Shown: positions 43,551 to 55,100 of the stretch, piece after piece
Layout: every line of letters starts with the position of its first letter
How positions within the stretch are numbered: position 1 is the first letter of the stretch
DNA from: Oopsacas minuta
Lineage: Eukaryota; Animalia; Porifera
Assembly: GCA_024704765.1 (NCBI GenBank)
Contig: JAKMXF010000343.1
Span: 1 to 64,000, forward strand
DNA: 64,000 nucleotides
Direction: 5' to 3'
Program-made: the position numbers and the translations under genes
Notes under the pieces: generated by a model
Told to the model about the DNA's origin: nothing
Databases searched by the model: none
The model's input: only the letters and a program-made list of their open reading frames with translations

Positions 43551-45032
43551 ATGGCTACTGAATATATTTACGAAAATGAAGGAGTTATTGATGACCCAGC
43601 TGCAGTGCCTCCCCCACTTAACCCGGATTATCCATCTGACACTGTAATATATGAAGTATTCGAAGCTGGTATAAAGGCCGAACAATCTGGGACGATTGGG
43701 ATTAATCCGGTTGTAGCTTATGAAACGATTGAAGAAGAGAATTATATTCCACCTGGTTTACAAACTGGAGAACAAAATCCCCCAACAATCGGCGAACTGA
43801 TCACTCAAAATCAACCTCGACAACACTCCATTTTCCATAGGCTTATATTATTTTTATTCGAGTTCTACACTCTACAAATTATCGAAAAACTACCTTTCGA
43901 CATTCCCAAAGTTATCTATAAACGAATCAAGGTTGTTATCCAGCTGATAACATTCCTATTAACCATTGTAGTAACCATAGAAACTAATCGAGAGCTATTC
44001 TTGGATTATAGGGTCGATACAAATATGAATGATACTCCATCCGCACACATTGACAGCGTTACGATAATCATTTCAATCGCGTTTTCTATTTTAGCTATTT
44101 GTTCTTTGGCGTTTCTATACATTTTCTCGAATATTTTGAGTTCATCTGGTGTGTATTTCATACCCTGGAGTGTGCATTCCTTTCGTGCATCTTGGTTACC
44201 AAGTTGTGTACTGGTCCTTGCGTACTTGGTGTTAGTCATTCTATTTATAATTACTATTGTTTGGAAATGTTTTTTGAATGTTTATATAATATCTAAGCTT
44301 GGTATTTCAATTGCTCCAGGCATTATCATATATTTGCTATTTCTAATTCACGCAGTAGTTCTGCAATCTTCTCCATTCGTGTTATGCTTCACTATCAGAG
44401 CCATATGTAACCAGTTGCGTTTTGAAACGGATAACGAGATCGGACGGGTGAAAGAGGTAATTTTAAAAGGGGTGCTTCAGGAGAGGAATCTGACTGTTAG
44501 ATATTTTGAGAATATCGAACGAGTTCTTTGTTTATCTTCCCGTCTTAAGATTATTTCTACTTTGAATATAATTATTGTTTTTCTCATTGTTTCAACTATT
44601 TTTCTGAGTGCATTTAATGAAGAAGGAGGAATTCTTGCAGTTAGAGAAGAAGGATTCAAGAAAGGCAATTTGCCTTATGTGGCCTATTTATGGCTTGTGT
44701 TTGTGAGTATTTACTTGTTGTTATTGACGTTATTATTCACTCAAAATATTACTGCACTTAACGGAACAATAAACAAATTCTCTGATTTGGTATTAATCGA
44801 CAAAAAAGTTCGTGAAAAATTGACAATTCTTGCAAAGGAAAATCGAAAGTTTCTGACTGAGATTCTTAGAAATCTGCATTTTATCTCAAGGAACAAATCT
44901 CGTTATGAAATACATATTTTTGGTGATTTATCCAACGAATTATTTCCCAGTATTTTAGTATTTGGTTTAGTGATTATGCTTCCTTTCGTATTAGAAGTCC
45001 CCGATTTCTTGCAAGAATTCAAGATACTTTAA
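43551..45032 (+). CDS. 7-TM membrane protein with gustatory-receptor-like (GRL/7TMIC) architecture, paralog A, intronless
   Basis: No signal peptide, long polar N-terminus, 7 hydrophobic segments, long helical loop between TM4 and TM5, and terminal hairpin YEIHIFGDLSNELFPSILVFGLVIMLPF. Clearly paralogous to 45742-47235 (shared RASW, PF.LC.TIR.IC.QL..ET, YLWLVF.S motifs). Confidence 0.55.
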   Translation: MATEYIYENEGVIDDPAAVPPPLNPDYPSDTVIYEVFEAGIKAEQSGTIGINPVVAYETIEEENYIPPGLQTGEQNPPTIGELITQNQPRQHSIFHRLILFLFEFYTLQIIEKLPFDIPKVIYKRIKVVIQLITFLLTIVVTIETNRELFLDYRVDTNMNDTPSAHIDSVTIIISIAFSILAICSLAFLYIFSNILSSSGVYFIPWSVHSFRASWLPSCVLVLAYLVLVILFIITIVWKCFLNVYIISKLGISIAPGIIIYLLFLIHAVVLQSSPFVLCFTIRAICNQLRFETDNEIGRVKEVILKGVLQERNLTVRYFENIERVLCLSSRLKIISTLNIIIVFLIVSTIFLSAFNEEGGILAVREEGFKKGNLPYVAYLWLVFVSIYLLLLTLLFTQNITALNGTINKFSDLVLIDKKVREKLTILAKENRKFLTEILRNLHFISRNKSRYEIHIFGDLSNELFPSILVFGLVIMLPFVLEVPDFLQEFKIL

Positions 45033-45741
45033 TTGTGTTGTTCCCTCTTGTTTATTAACATTTTACTTTTTATATTTCGTAAATAAATATATTCTAGTTT
45101 TGACTACAAATTCATATTTGTTGCTTTTTCGAGCAAATAAAGTTGAAATGAACGATTTGGTAAGGTATAGGGGTGTTAATATTGTTTATAGCATAGTTTG
45201 TGTCCGTTTCGTTTGCTACGCTTGTTATAGTCAAAATATATTTTATCCTCTAATTGAATATTATCCATACCCAATAGCTCTAATTGAATTTATTAATTAA
45301 CCACAAGTATAAACATTTTGTTCAAAAATTCCAGGTCTTACAGAATATATAATCAATAGTTATGGTTGTATTTTATAATTTACATTTTAGCTTCGTGTTC
45401 CAGTTATATATTCTCTTTTTGAATTTCTATACATTGCAGGACATCATTGATTGTAATCAAGAAAATTGCAGCGATTATCCGGTTATCCGCTATTATCTAA
45501 AAGGTTTTTAATATTCAAATTCTTATCGGAATTCCTACCGTGTTTGTATTAATGAGGTTCCACTGTGTTATCTAGAAATCTGTTGACGTAGCCCACTATT
45601 ATCACCTATAGTATCTCCGTTCGCGTCAATTTTCAGGAACGTAACCCCCAAGGCATACCTGTAATCATTGCCTTGTTATTATTCAAAACTTGACATAAAT
45701 ACATACATACTACTTTAGAATAGTGTTAAAATATGAATAAT

Positions 45742-47235
45742 TTATGGTTGAGTGTATAAATATAACACTTGCTCAAGATGAGTCACAAAATACTCAAATC
45801 TCCATAAGAAAGGTATCGTAAACGTCAGCGCTGCCACTATTAATGTATAGAACACCCCATAGGTGAAATCACCGAATAACGCCGCAGTAAACCGTATCTT
45901 ACTGCTAGAAATAAGAAGTAGATTGTCCTGTATTTCATTGATGTTTTGTCCGTTCGCCTGATCATTCAAATACTCTAATACTTCCTTATCTTGTAATACT
46001 ATCTCAGAGAATTTGTTCAAAAGGGAGTTGAGCTTTGATATGCTTTGTGTCATGAATAGGATAGTAATCAGGAACGAATAGCTTGCGAATACCAACCATA
46101 AATACATGAATCTAGGTATCACTCCGTTAATCAAGCTAGGGTCATCTGTAAACGCAAGAATACCACCCTGGTGATTAAAAGCACTCACAAATATGCTAAT
46201 ACACACTGCGAGAGTGGCTAAAATCACTACAGGTATGATGTGACGTAATTTTGACGCAATTCTGTTTACATTCTCTAAGTGCTCGTAGAAAATTATAGCT
46301 ATACTCTCGGTAGATGCCAATTTTCCGGTCAAAATCTTTTGGGACTTTTTAATGAGATCTGTTGTTTCATATTGGAGTTGTTTACAAATGGATCTGATGG
46401 TGATACACAATATGAAAGGGGTGAAATGCCAAACAATAAAATAACAAATAACGAAAGGTGCCACAAATATAAACGCGTATTCTAATCTGAAACTGTAAAA
46501 TAGAAGTGTGAAAAATAGTTTCCATAGCAACGTAAATTCAATAATCGCAATGATTCCGATATAAAGCAGAGCGGGGAATATTTGTTTCCTCCAGGATGCG
46601 CGATTGCATCCATGGAATGTCACATTTGATGACCTAAATATGTCAGAATGTGTGTATAAGAAAATTAGCGAAGCGAAAGACATTAGAGAAAATGCCAGGA
46701 ATATTACTACGGAGTTTGTAAGGACTTTTCCAGTAACGAAATTCTGTGTTGATGGCTCAAAATTGCCTTCTTGACTGTCTAATATAAATTCCCGAGTACT
46801 CTCGGCTGTCAGCACAATAAACAATAATACATTACATATTTGTAGGAATCTCTTAGCAACCACTGGAATGTATTTGTGTATATTAGGGAATGATTCTTGG
46901 ATAAATATATGTACGAGTTGTAACGTTATTATGTCGAGGGTGGACAACAGACAATTATGGTATTTACTGGCATTTCTAGGTGTCAGAATAATGGTTGTGT
47001 CAGGCTTTGTGGCACATACGGTGGGTTGTGACGTAGGAATAGCAGATCTCTCAATTTCAACTCCGATGTTTTCAAATACGGTTTGTCCTAAAGTTTGAAT
47101 CTCAGAGGTTTGTAGGACATCTGTAAAACCGATTTCCGTTTGGGTATTTTCAGGAATGTTGAATAATCGCCGCGGTTTAGGAATAGGAGTGGCTTTTTGT
47201 TCGGGAGAGGTATTTTCATAAACAATAGAAGACAT
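45742..47235 (-). CDS. 7-TM membrane protein with gustatory-receptor-like (GRL/7TMIC) architecture, paralog B, intronless
   Basis: Same layout as paralog A. C-terminal RFTAALFGDFTYGVFYTLIVAALTFTIPFLWRF resembles the GR TM7 pattern F(S/T)AxGFFxxxxxLL...TYxxxxxQF. ATG at 47235 (MSSIVYEN). Confidence 0.55.
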   Translation of the reverse strand: MSSIVYENTSPEQKATPIPKPRRLFNIPENTQTEIGFTDVLQTSEIQTLGQTVFENIGVEIERSAIPTSQPTVCATKPDTTIILTPRNASKYHNCLLSTLDIITLQLVHIFIQESFPNIHKYIPVVAKRFLQICNVLLFIVLTAESTREFILDSQEGNFEPSTQNFVTGKVLTNSVVIFLAFSLMSFASLIFLYTHSDIFRSSNVTFHGCNRASWRKQIFPALLYIGIIAIIEFTLLWKLFFTLLFYSFRLEYAFIFVAPFVICYFIVWHFTPFILCITIRSICKQLQYETTDLIKKSQKILTGKLASTESIAIIFYEHLENVNRIASKLRHIIPVVILATLAVCISIFVSAFNHQGGILAFTDDPSLINGVIPRFMYLWLVFASYSFLITILFMTQSISKLNSLLNKFSEIVLQDKEVLEYLNDQANGQNINEIQDNLLLISSSKIRFTAALFGDFTYGVFYTLIVAALTFTIPFLWRFEYFVTHLEQVLYLYTQP

Positions 47236-47545
47236 GACAAATATGAAATATTTAGTAAACAGAGATATATATATATTTACTGTGATGCTAGATGCATACA
47301 CGATTGCGGTTTATTGCAACTGTTAAAAATGTTCAACTTCATGGCTTCTTAACTCAACTCATTTTGTAAGGGAGAGGCCCTTCAGGCGTTACTGAACGCT
47401 AATTCCCTGAAATTTAACACCCCCCTCCCATGTCACGCTTTTCCAGTTTTCTAATACAACGAATGGGGCTGTCACACTTCGCATGTAACAAATTTATGTG
47501 TGAATAATTATTCCCTAATTCTTTCCATCAATAGCTTATTTCCCA

Positions 47546-48754
47546 ATGGCAGAAGAGGTTACCTACTCCATAGATGACATAATACAAGGAGAAGTAGAAC
47601 TTGAACAAGAAGCTAACGTGATACTAGGTTCAGCTAGTGACCAGCATTGTAGCTATGAGCAGGGATACTTATATAGACAGCCAGTATTTTCCTGTATAAC
47701 CTGCCGGTCTAATGAACCGAACAAACCGCCCGGTGGAGTTTGTTTAGCATGTAGTCTGGTCTGTCATAACAAACACGAGGTCGAGGAATTGTATACGAAA
47801 AGGTTTTTCCGTTGTGATTGCGGGAACAAAGATAAATTCGGGCATTTACCTGAAGCGAAATGTCAACTACAACCGAATAAATCAGATTGCAATGAATTGA
47901 ATATTTATTGTGATAATTTTAGAGGTCTCTATTGTACTTGTAAAAAGGTATTTGATGGAGAAACAGAGATGATACAATGTATTATATGTGAAGATTGGTT
48001 TCATTTACAGCACTGTGGATTGGAGAATTCTGACTGTATTGATGAGTTCATATGTCCGTTATGTATGGATGATAACACGTTCTTGAGATTTTATGTTGAT
48101 AATGCGAAAACTGAAGAAGCGACTAAGAAAATTGTTGAAAATATAGGAAATAAATCTGTCAATGAAGATCTAGAAGGTACAAAAGTTTTGGCTGATTCTA
48201 ATCCTCCTGCTTCTGTCGGAAAAATGCAAGAACCATCGCCTGATCGTATTGAGAAACCGAGTGAAGCTTCTCCACATCATAATTTAAAACGGAAAGCTCA
48301 AGCCGAAGAGCCAGACGCTAAACGGGTAAAAGAATCACTCTGTAAAATTGAAAACTATATCAACATTCCAGAATCAAAGCCTGGTATCTATAACAACGCA
48401 TGGAGACAAGAGTTATGCAGATGTGGAAACTGCCTTTTGAAATACAAATCAAACAAAATAGAATTCTTACTTGAACAAACTGACACTATTACTTATTACG
48501 AACAACAGGCAAAGCACACCAGTTCATTCTCAAATAGTGTAGAAGCTTTCAAGGAAATTCTTAATCCAACTCAGAGAAATGAACTGTTATATCAGTTCAA
48601 TCATATGAAGGAGGATTTGAACGATTTTCTAAGACCGTTTGCTCAAGAAGGGAGAGTTGTTAGTAAGGAAGATATACAAAAGTTCTTTGAAGATTTGACA
48701 AAGGAGCGAGAGAGATTGAGAGATTCCGGTATACCACCAGATACTTGTAAGTAA
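47546..48754 (+). CDS. UBR7: UBR7 E3 ligase (UBR-box + PHD)
   Basis: CSYEQGYLYRQPVFSCITC...CLACSLVCH..HEVEELYTKRFFRCDCGN, and PHD-like MIQCIICEDWFH. Confidence 0.92.
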   Translation: MAEEVTYSIDDIIQGEVELEQEANVILGSASDQHCSYEQGYLYRQPVFSCITCRSNEPNKPPGGVCLACSLVCHNKHEVEELYTKRFFRCDCGNKDKFGHLPEAKCQLQPNKSDCNELNIYCDNFRGLYCTCKKVFDGETEMIQCIICEDWFHLQHCGLENSDCIDEFICPLCMDDNTFLRFYVDNAKTEEATKKIVENIGNKSVNEDLEGTKVLADSNPPASVGKMQEPSPDRIEKPSEASPHHNLKRKAQAEEPDAKRVKESLCKIENYINIPESKPGIYNNAWRQELCRCGNCLLKYKSNKIEFLLEQTDTITYYEQQAKHTSSFSNSVEAFKEILNPTQRNELLYQFNHMKEDLNDFLRPFAQEGRVVSKEDIQKFFEDLTKERERLRDSGIPPDTCK

Positions 48755-49113
48755 TATACACATATATTCCGCACTAATTATTGTAATTGAAACTATATCA
48801 AATCTGTATTCAACTTAATTAGAACAATCGCAACACAATTCACGCAATCAGGTCTCTATAATGATTATTCAATTGGTATTACTCCGATTATAGGACTCCT
48901 GATAAAGCGAATATATTTTGGCCTGTCTGTTGGTGTTCGTATTAACGAAGTTCCACTGTATTTAGATCAGCTGTTCCCAACCCTCATGGACTCTTGTTGG
49001 TCCACAGAATGTGTTAAACCTTAAAATTGGTATAGGGGGTCCCCTGGTGAAAACTGCTGGTCTACTCTACTTGATTTCTAAATATTTACAAAGTTTGTTT
49101 ACACTAATTAGCT

Positions 49114-52100
49114 ATGCACGTATCAATAATCATATGTTTAATCATCTCATTACTAATTCCTCTATCAACTACACAAACACCAAGTTGTGGAGTAGAGTGT
49201 ATATGTGAATTTACATATATCACATGTAACGGTGCTACTGTTACAGAAATACCTTCAGAGGTGTTAGGCGCCATATTGAGCGATCTCGATCAGTTTATCT
49301 GTAGTACATGTGCTATATCGATATTAACAGCTGACTCGTTTATACTTTACACTTCACTAAACACGATTACTATTCTGAATTCAGGGCTGAATGAAATTGA
49401 AGCTGGCGCATTTTCCGGGATTTCTTCACAGCTGAATTATCTTGATTTATCAAGTAATTCGATCACGACTATTGAACAACATTTTTTCACTGGGTTAACG
49501 AAGCTAGGCCACCTCGATTTACAACAGAATTCTATTACTCACATAGAACCCGGGTCATTCAATGATTTAACGAGTCTTTCTACAGTTACTCTCAAGAACA
49601 ACTTAATAACGAACTTGCCAGATTTCCTATTCACTTCCACCATTCTAACGCAATTCGATATAACAAATAATGAACTGTTCGCTCTGACAAGTCGTCCATT
49701 TCCTAATACCGTCTACACTATATTCTATCTGTCTAATAATAATATAGCGAGACTACACTCCAATCTTTCCAGTATATTTAATACAGCTAGCCGAATTCTA
49801 TTGAATAGCAATCCTTTGATTTGTGATTGTTTTATCAAAGATTTACAATCGGAAATATCCGTCAATCCAAGCAGATATGGTGAGAGCACGATGCCAGCCA
49901 AATGCGGGTACCCACCATCACTAGTTAATCAAAAAGTTAGTGAAGCAAACATTCCATCTGGCGGTTGCTATAGTGCGTGTCTAAATATTCAATGCCATAC
50001 TTCCGCGACGTGTATCGACGTAGATGATTGGCCAGTATGTGTATGTAACGCAGGCTATGCAGGTGATGGTTATAATTGCGTGGATGCCTGTGACGGATTT
50101 GGTTGTCAGGGTGTATCGGTATGTAATTACGATACTGTTACGATGAATACTTCATGCGTTTGTCCTACAGGATATACGCTAGACATGACAGGAAAGGATT
50201 GCACACAAATAAATGAGTGTCTTATTGAAGGCTCGTGTCCTGTTAACTCTAACTGTTCGGACACGGTTGGGAGTTATTTGTGTGACTGTTTCGATGGATA
50301 TGAGGTGAATACTGGGCCTTTATCGTGTGATGATATCAATGAATGTTCGTTAGTCAATAACTGTATTACAAATACTACTTGCTTGAATACTATAGGGAGC
50401 TATCAATGTGATTGTATTCCAGGATATGTTGAGAATTCGACTGGATTTTGTGTGGATATTGATGAATGTTCTAATAGCACCATTTGCCATATAAATTCAT
50501 ATTGTAATAACACCATAGGGGCTTATATATGTAAGTGTAACCCTGGTTACGAGGGGGATGGTCTGGAATGCATGGATATTGACGAGTGTCAAAACGCGGC
50601 CTTATTTAATTGCCCGCCTAATTCTGCTTGTCAGAATGAAATGGGGAACTATACCTGCGTTTGTGACCCTGGTTACGAGAAGATAGTGATGGAATGTGTA
50701 GATATAAACGAGTGTGATAACATGTTGCTATTCGATTGCCCTACGAATTCGATGTGTCAGAATACTTTAGGGAATTACACCTGTGATTGTGACCCAGGTT
50801 ACGAGAAGATAGTGATGGAATGTGTAGATATAAACGAGTGTGATAACATGTTGCTATGAATACTTTAGGGAATTACACCTGTGATTGTGACCCAGGTTAC
50901 GAGAAGATAGTGATGGAATGTGTAGATATAAACGAGTGTGATAACATGTTGCTATTCGATTGCCCTACGAATTCGATGTGCCAGAATACTTTAGGGAATT
51001 ACACCTGTGATTGTGACCCAGGTTACGAGAAGATAGTGATGGAATGTGTAGATATAAACGAGTGTGATAACATGTTGCTATTCGATTGCCCTACGAATTC
51101 GATGTGCCAGAATACTTTAGGGAATTACACCTGCGTTTGTGACCCTGGTTACGAGAAGATAGGGATGGAATGTGTGGATATAAACGAGTGTGATAACATG
51201 TTGCTATTCGATTGCCCTACGAATTCGATGTGCCAGAATACTTTAGGGAATTACACCTGTGATTGTGACCCAGGTTACGAGATGATAGAGATGGAATGTG
51301 TAGATATAAACGAGTGTGATAACATGTTGCTATTCGATTGCCCTACAAATTCGATGTGCCAGAATACTTTAGGGAATTACACCTGTGATTGTGACCCAGG
51401 TTACGAGAAGATAGGGATGGAATGTGTGGATATAAACGAGTGTGATAACATGTTGCTATTCGATTGCCCTACAAATTCGATGTGCCAGAATACTTTAGGG
51501 AATTACACCTGTGATTGTGACCCAGGTTACGAGAAGATAGGGATGGAATGTGTGGATATAAACGAGTGTGATAACATGTTGCTATTCGATTGCCCTACAA
51601 ATTCGATGTGCCAGAATTCAATTGGAAATTATTCCTGCATTTGTGAGACGGGATTTGAACCAACATCCCCGAATATTTGTCAAGATATTGATGAATGTTC
51701 AAACGTCACGATATGCCAGAATAACTCACATTGTAACAACACTATAGGAGCATATCTCTGTGAATGTAACCATGGTTACGAGAAAATTAGTGATGAATGT
51801 ATGGATGTAGACGAGTGTCAAAACTTGATGTTGTACATATGCCCGGAAAATTCCATGTGCCAGAACACTTTAGGGAACTACACCTGTGTTTGTGATCCTG
51901 GTTATGAGGAGATTGCTCTGGAATGTATAGATATAGACGAGTGTCTAAATGTGTCCCTATTTACTTGCCCGCTTAATTCTACTTGTGAGAATGAAATGGG
52001 TACTTACAGGTGTGATTGTAACTATGGTTACGAGATGATGGGGATGGAATGCATAGATATTGGCGAATGTGCAAATGCGTCACTTTTTAATTGTCCACCA

Positions 52101-55100
52101 AATTCCAAGTGTCAGAATGACATGGGCAGTTACTCTTGTGAGTGTAACCTTGGTTACGAGAATATAAGCCAGGAATGTATAGATATAAACGAGTGTCAAA
52201 ACGTTTCCCTATTCATATGCCCGCCTGATTCCACATGTGAGAACGAAATGGGAAATTATAGGTGTGATTGTGACCCTGGTTACCAAGAGATTGCTCTGGA
52301 ATGTTTAGATCTAAACGAGTGTCTTGATGTATCTCTATATACTTGTCAGGAGAATTCTATTTGCAACAATACTAGAGGAAATTATTCCTGTATTTGTGAG
52401 ACGGGATTTGAACAAACATCCCCAAATATTTGTCAAGATATTGATGAATGTTCAAACGTCACAATATGCCAGAATAACTCACATTGTAACAACACTATAG
52501 GCGCATATTTCTGCGAATGTAACCATGGTTATGAGAACATTAGTGAGGAATGTATGGATATAGACGAGTGTCAAAATGTCCTGCTGTTCAGTTGCCCACC
52601 TGATTCCATGTGTCTCAATGAAATAGGCAGCTACATGTGTGAATGTGATCCTGGTTACGAGAATGTCAGTGAGGAATGCAAGGATATTAACGAGTGTCAA
52701 AACATATCTCTATATACTTGCCAGGAGAACTCTATTTGCCAGAATTCAATAGGAAATTATTCCTGTATTTGTGAGACGGGATTTGAACAAACATCCCCAA
52801 ATATTTGTCAAGATATTGATGAATGTTCAAATGTCACGATATGCCAGAATAACTCACATTGTAACAACACTATAGGAACATATTTCTGTGAATGTAACCA
52901 TGGCTACGAGGAAGCTGCTGGAGAATGCATTGATATTAATGAATGTAGTAATACACTAATCTGTCCATCTAATTCAAACTGTTCGAATTCTATAGGTGGA
53001 TTTGATTGTATCTGTCAATTGGGGTATGAGGAAAGTGTCAATTTATGTGTCGATATCGACGAGTGTTTAACCGAAGTGTGCCCGCCAAACTCTGCCTGCA
53101 CGAATTCCAATGGCTCATACACTTGTCCATGCAATGATGGGTATGAAATTATGGAAGGCAAGTGTGTTGATTATGATGAGTGTACTCTAGGGACACATTC
53201 CTGCACCCTCTTTGAGAATTGTACCAATTTACCGGGGTCTTATACTTGTGTCACATGTCCTACAGGTCTCAAATTTGTTGACGACACTTGTCAAGATATT
53301 GATGAGTGTGCCATGTTCACAGATTTGTGTCTGTACCAAGGTGTTACAAGTGGTTCATGCATGAATACGAATGGTTCATATGTCTGTGATTGTCTAATTG
53401 GATTTGAATCACTCGATAACAACTGTATTGACACAAATGAATGCGGGAATTTACCAAGCGTTTGCCATACAAACTCTGTCTGTGAGAACTATATAGGCGG
53501 ATTCAATTGTACCTGTTCATCGCCTGGATATGAATACACAGGATTATCACAAGGGTGTAGCGATATAATAGAATGCATGTTGCCTGAAACCTGCTTACCT
53601 ACTGAATATTGTACAAACACAATTGGGAGTTTCACCTGTTCATGTCTGGGCGGATATTTCCGTGATATCTCTGGTGTATGCACTGATAACAATGAATGCA
53701 TTGCACAGAGCGATCAATGCAATAGAACGTCCACAGATTGTATTAATACAGATGGTAGTTACACATGTATTTGTAAGCTAGGTTTTATCGAAACTGCGAA
53801 TGAATTGTTCTGTGAAGATATACATGAATGTGGTATGGCGTTTTGTGGTGTATCTGCTAATTGTGTTAACTCTATAGGGAGCTATTCGTGTAATTGTGAG
53901 GTTGGCTATGAACTCGATCTCTCCAAGGAATGTATCGATATAGACGAGTGTAGCATGAATATTTGCCCTCAGAATTCACTATGTTATAATAACCAAGGTT
54001 CACATGCTTGTGTATGTGATGTGGGCTTTTATAATCTACAAAGCGGATCTCAAAGTTATTGTGCGAATTTCTTGAAAGCTCCTTCTTGCGAATCGATTAC
54101 ACAATCTGGATTTACATGGCCTGATGCGTCGAGCAATAGCACAGCTATGATAATTTGTTCGAACAATTTGCAGAAGTTCGCTAGTCGATATTGTAGTGTA
54201 GACGGTGTATGGGAACTACCTGATATTTCAAAATGTGTCTCAGAAGAGATTTTACTGATATCCGATCACTTAGCTAGCCTGTCTCCAATTGACCCTCATT
54301 TTACCGCAGAAATCACACAAATATCTGTAGACTTAACATCTGCATTGAATACCACAGGGCTACTACCAAGCGATTATCTATACGCAGTTGAACTCTTCCA
54401 AACACTAACTTCAACATCTGAAGACTTTATCCTATTACAGATGAGTTTTATACCTACAAACGTGGCCACTGAATTATTTGAAGTTGCAAGCGCGATTGTC
54501 AACACAGAGGTCTTAGAACAAATCAATGAATTCGATTCGGGAGCAGTATTGACCGCTATTACTGATATTTTGGGAGCAACTGAATCCTTAACGCAAAATT
54601 TAGTTTACACACTATTTTCCGAAGGCAATGTATCACAGATAATAATCGAGACAGACAATATTTTGGTCGATATTCAGAAGTTTGAAACGGAGGAAGGTTT
54701 TGTGATATCGTTTAACACTTCTTCGGGAGATACTGTCATAGATATACCTTATGATTCCATAAATTCTGCGAATTTTGTCGCGCTGGATGATACTCTTAGA
54801 AATGCTTCGATTGAAAACTGCCAGACTGCCGCGGCGTTTTTTAACATAAAAAATATTCAACAGTTTTTGGATCGTAATCAGATTATAAATATTGTCTTTG
54901 ATTCTTGGTATTGTGGTATGATTGAAGAAGAAGAAACTCCAGGGCTTGTCGTGAACAGTGATCACGTTTCCGCGGCGATAACAGCAGCTAAGTGTTCTGT
55001 AAATACGGAAAAGTTATCCCAAGGTATTCTAGTTGTATTTGAACACACAGACACTTCGCTAATAAACGCACAATGCGTGTATACTACGAATTACACTGTT

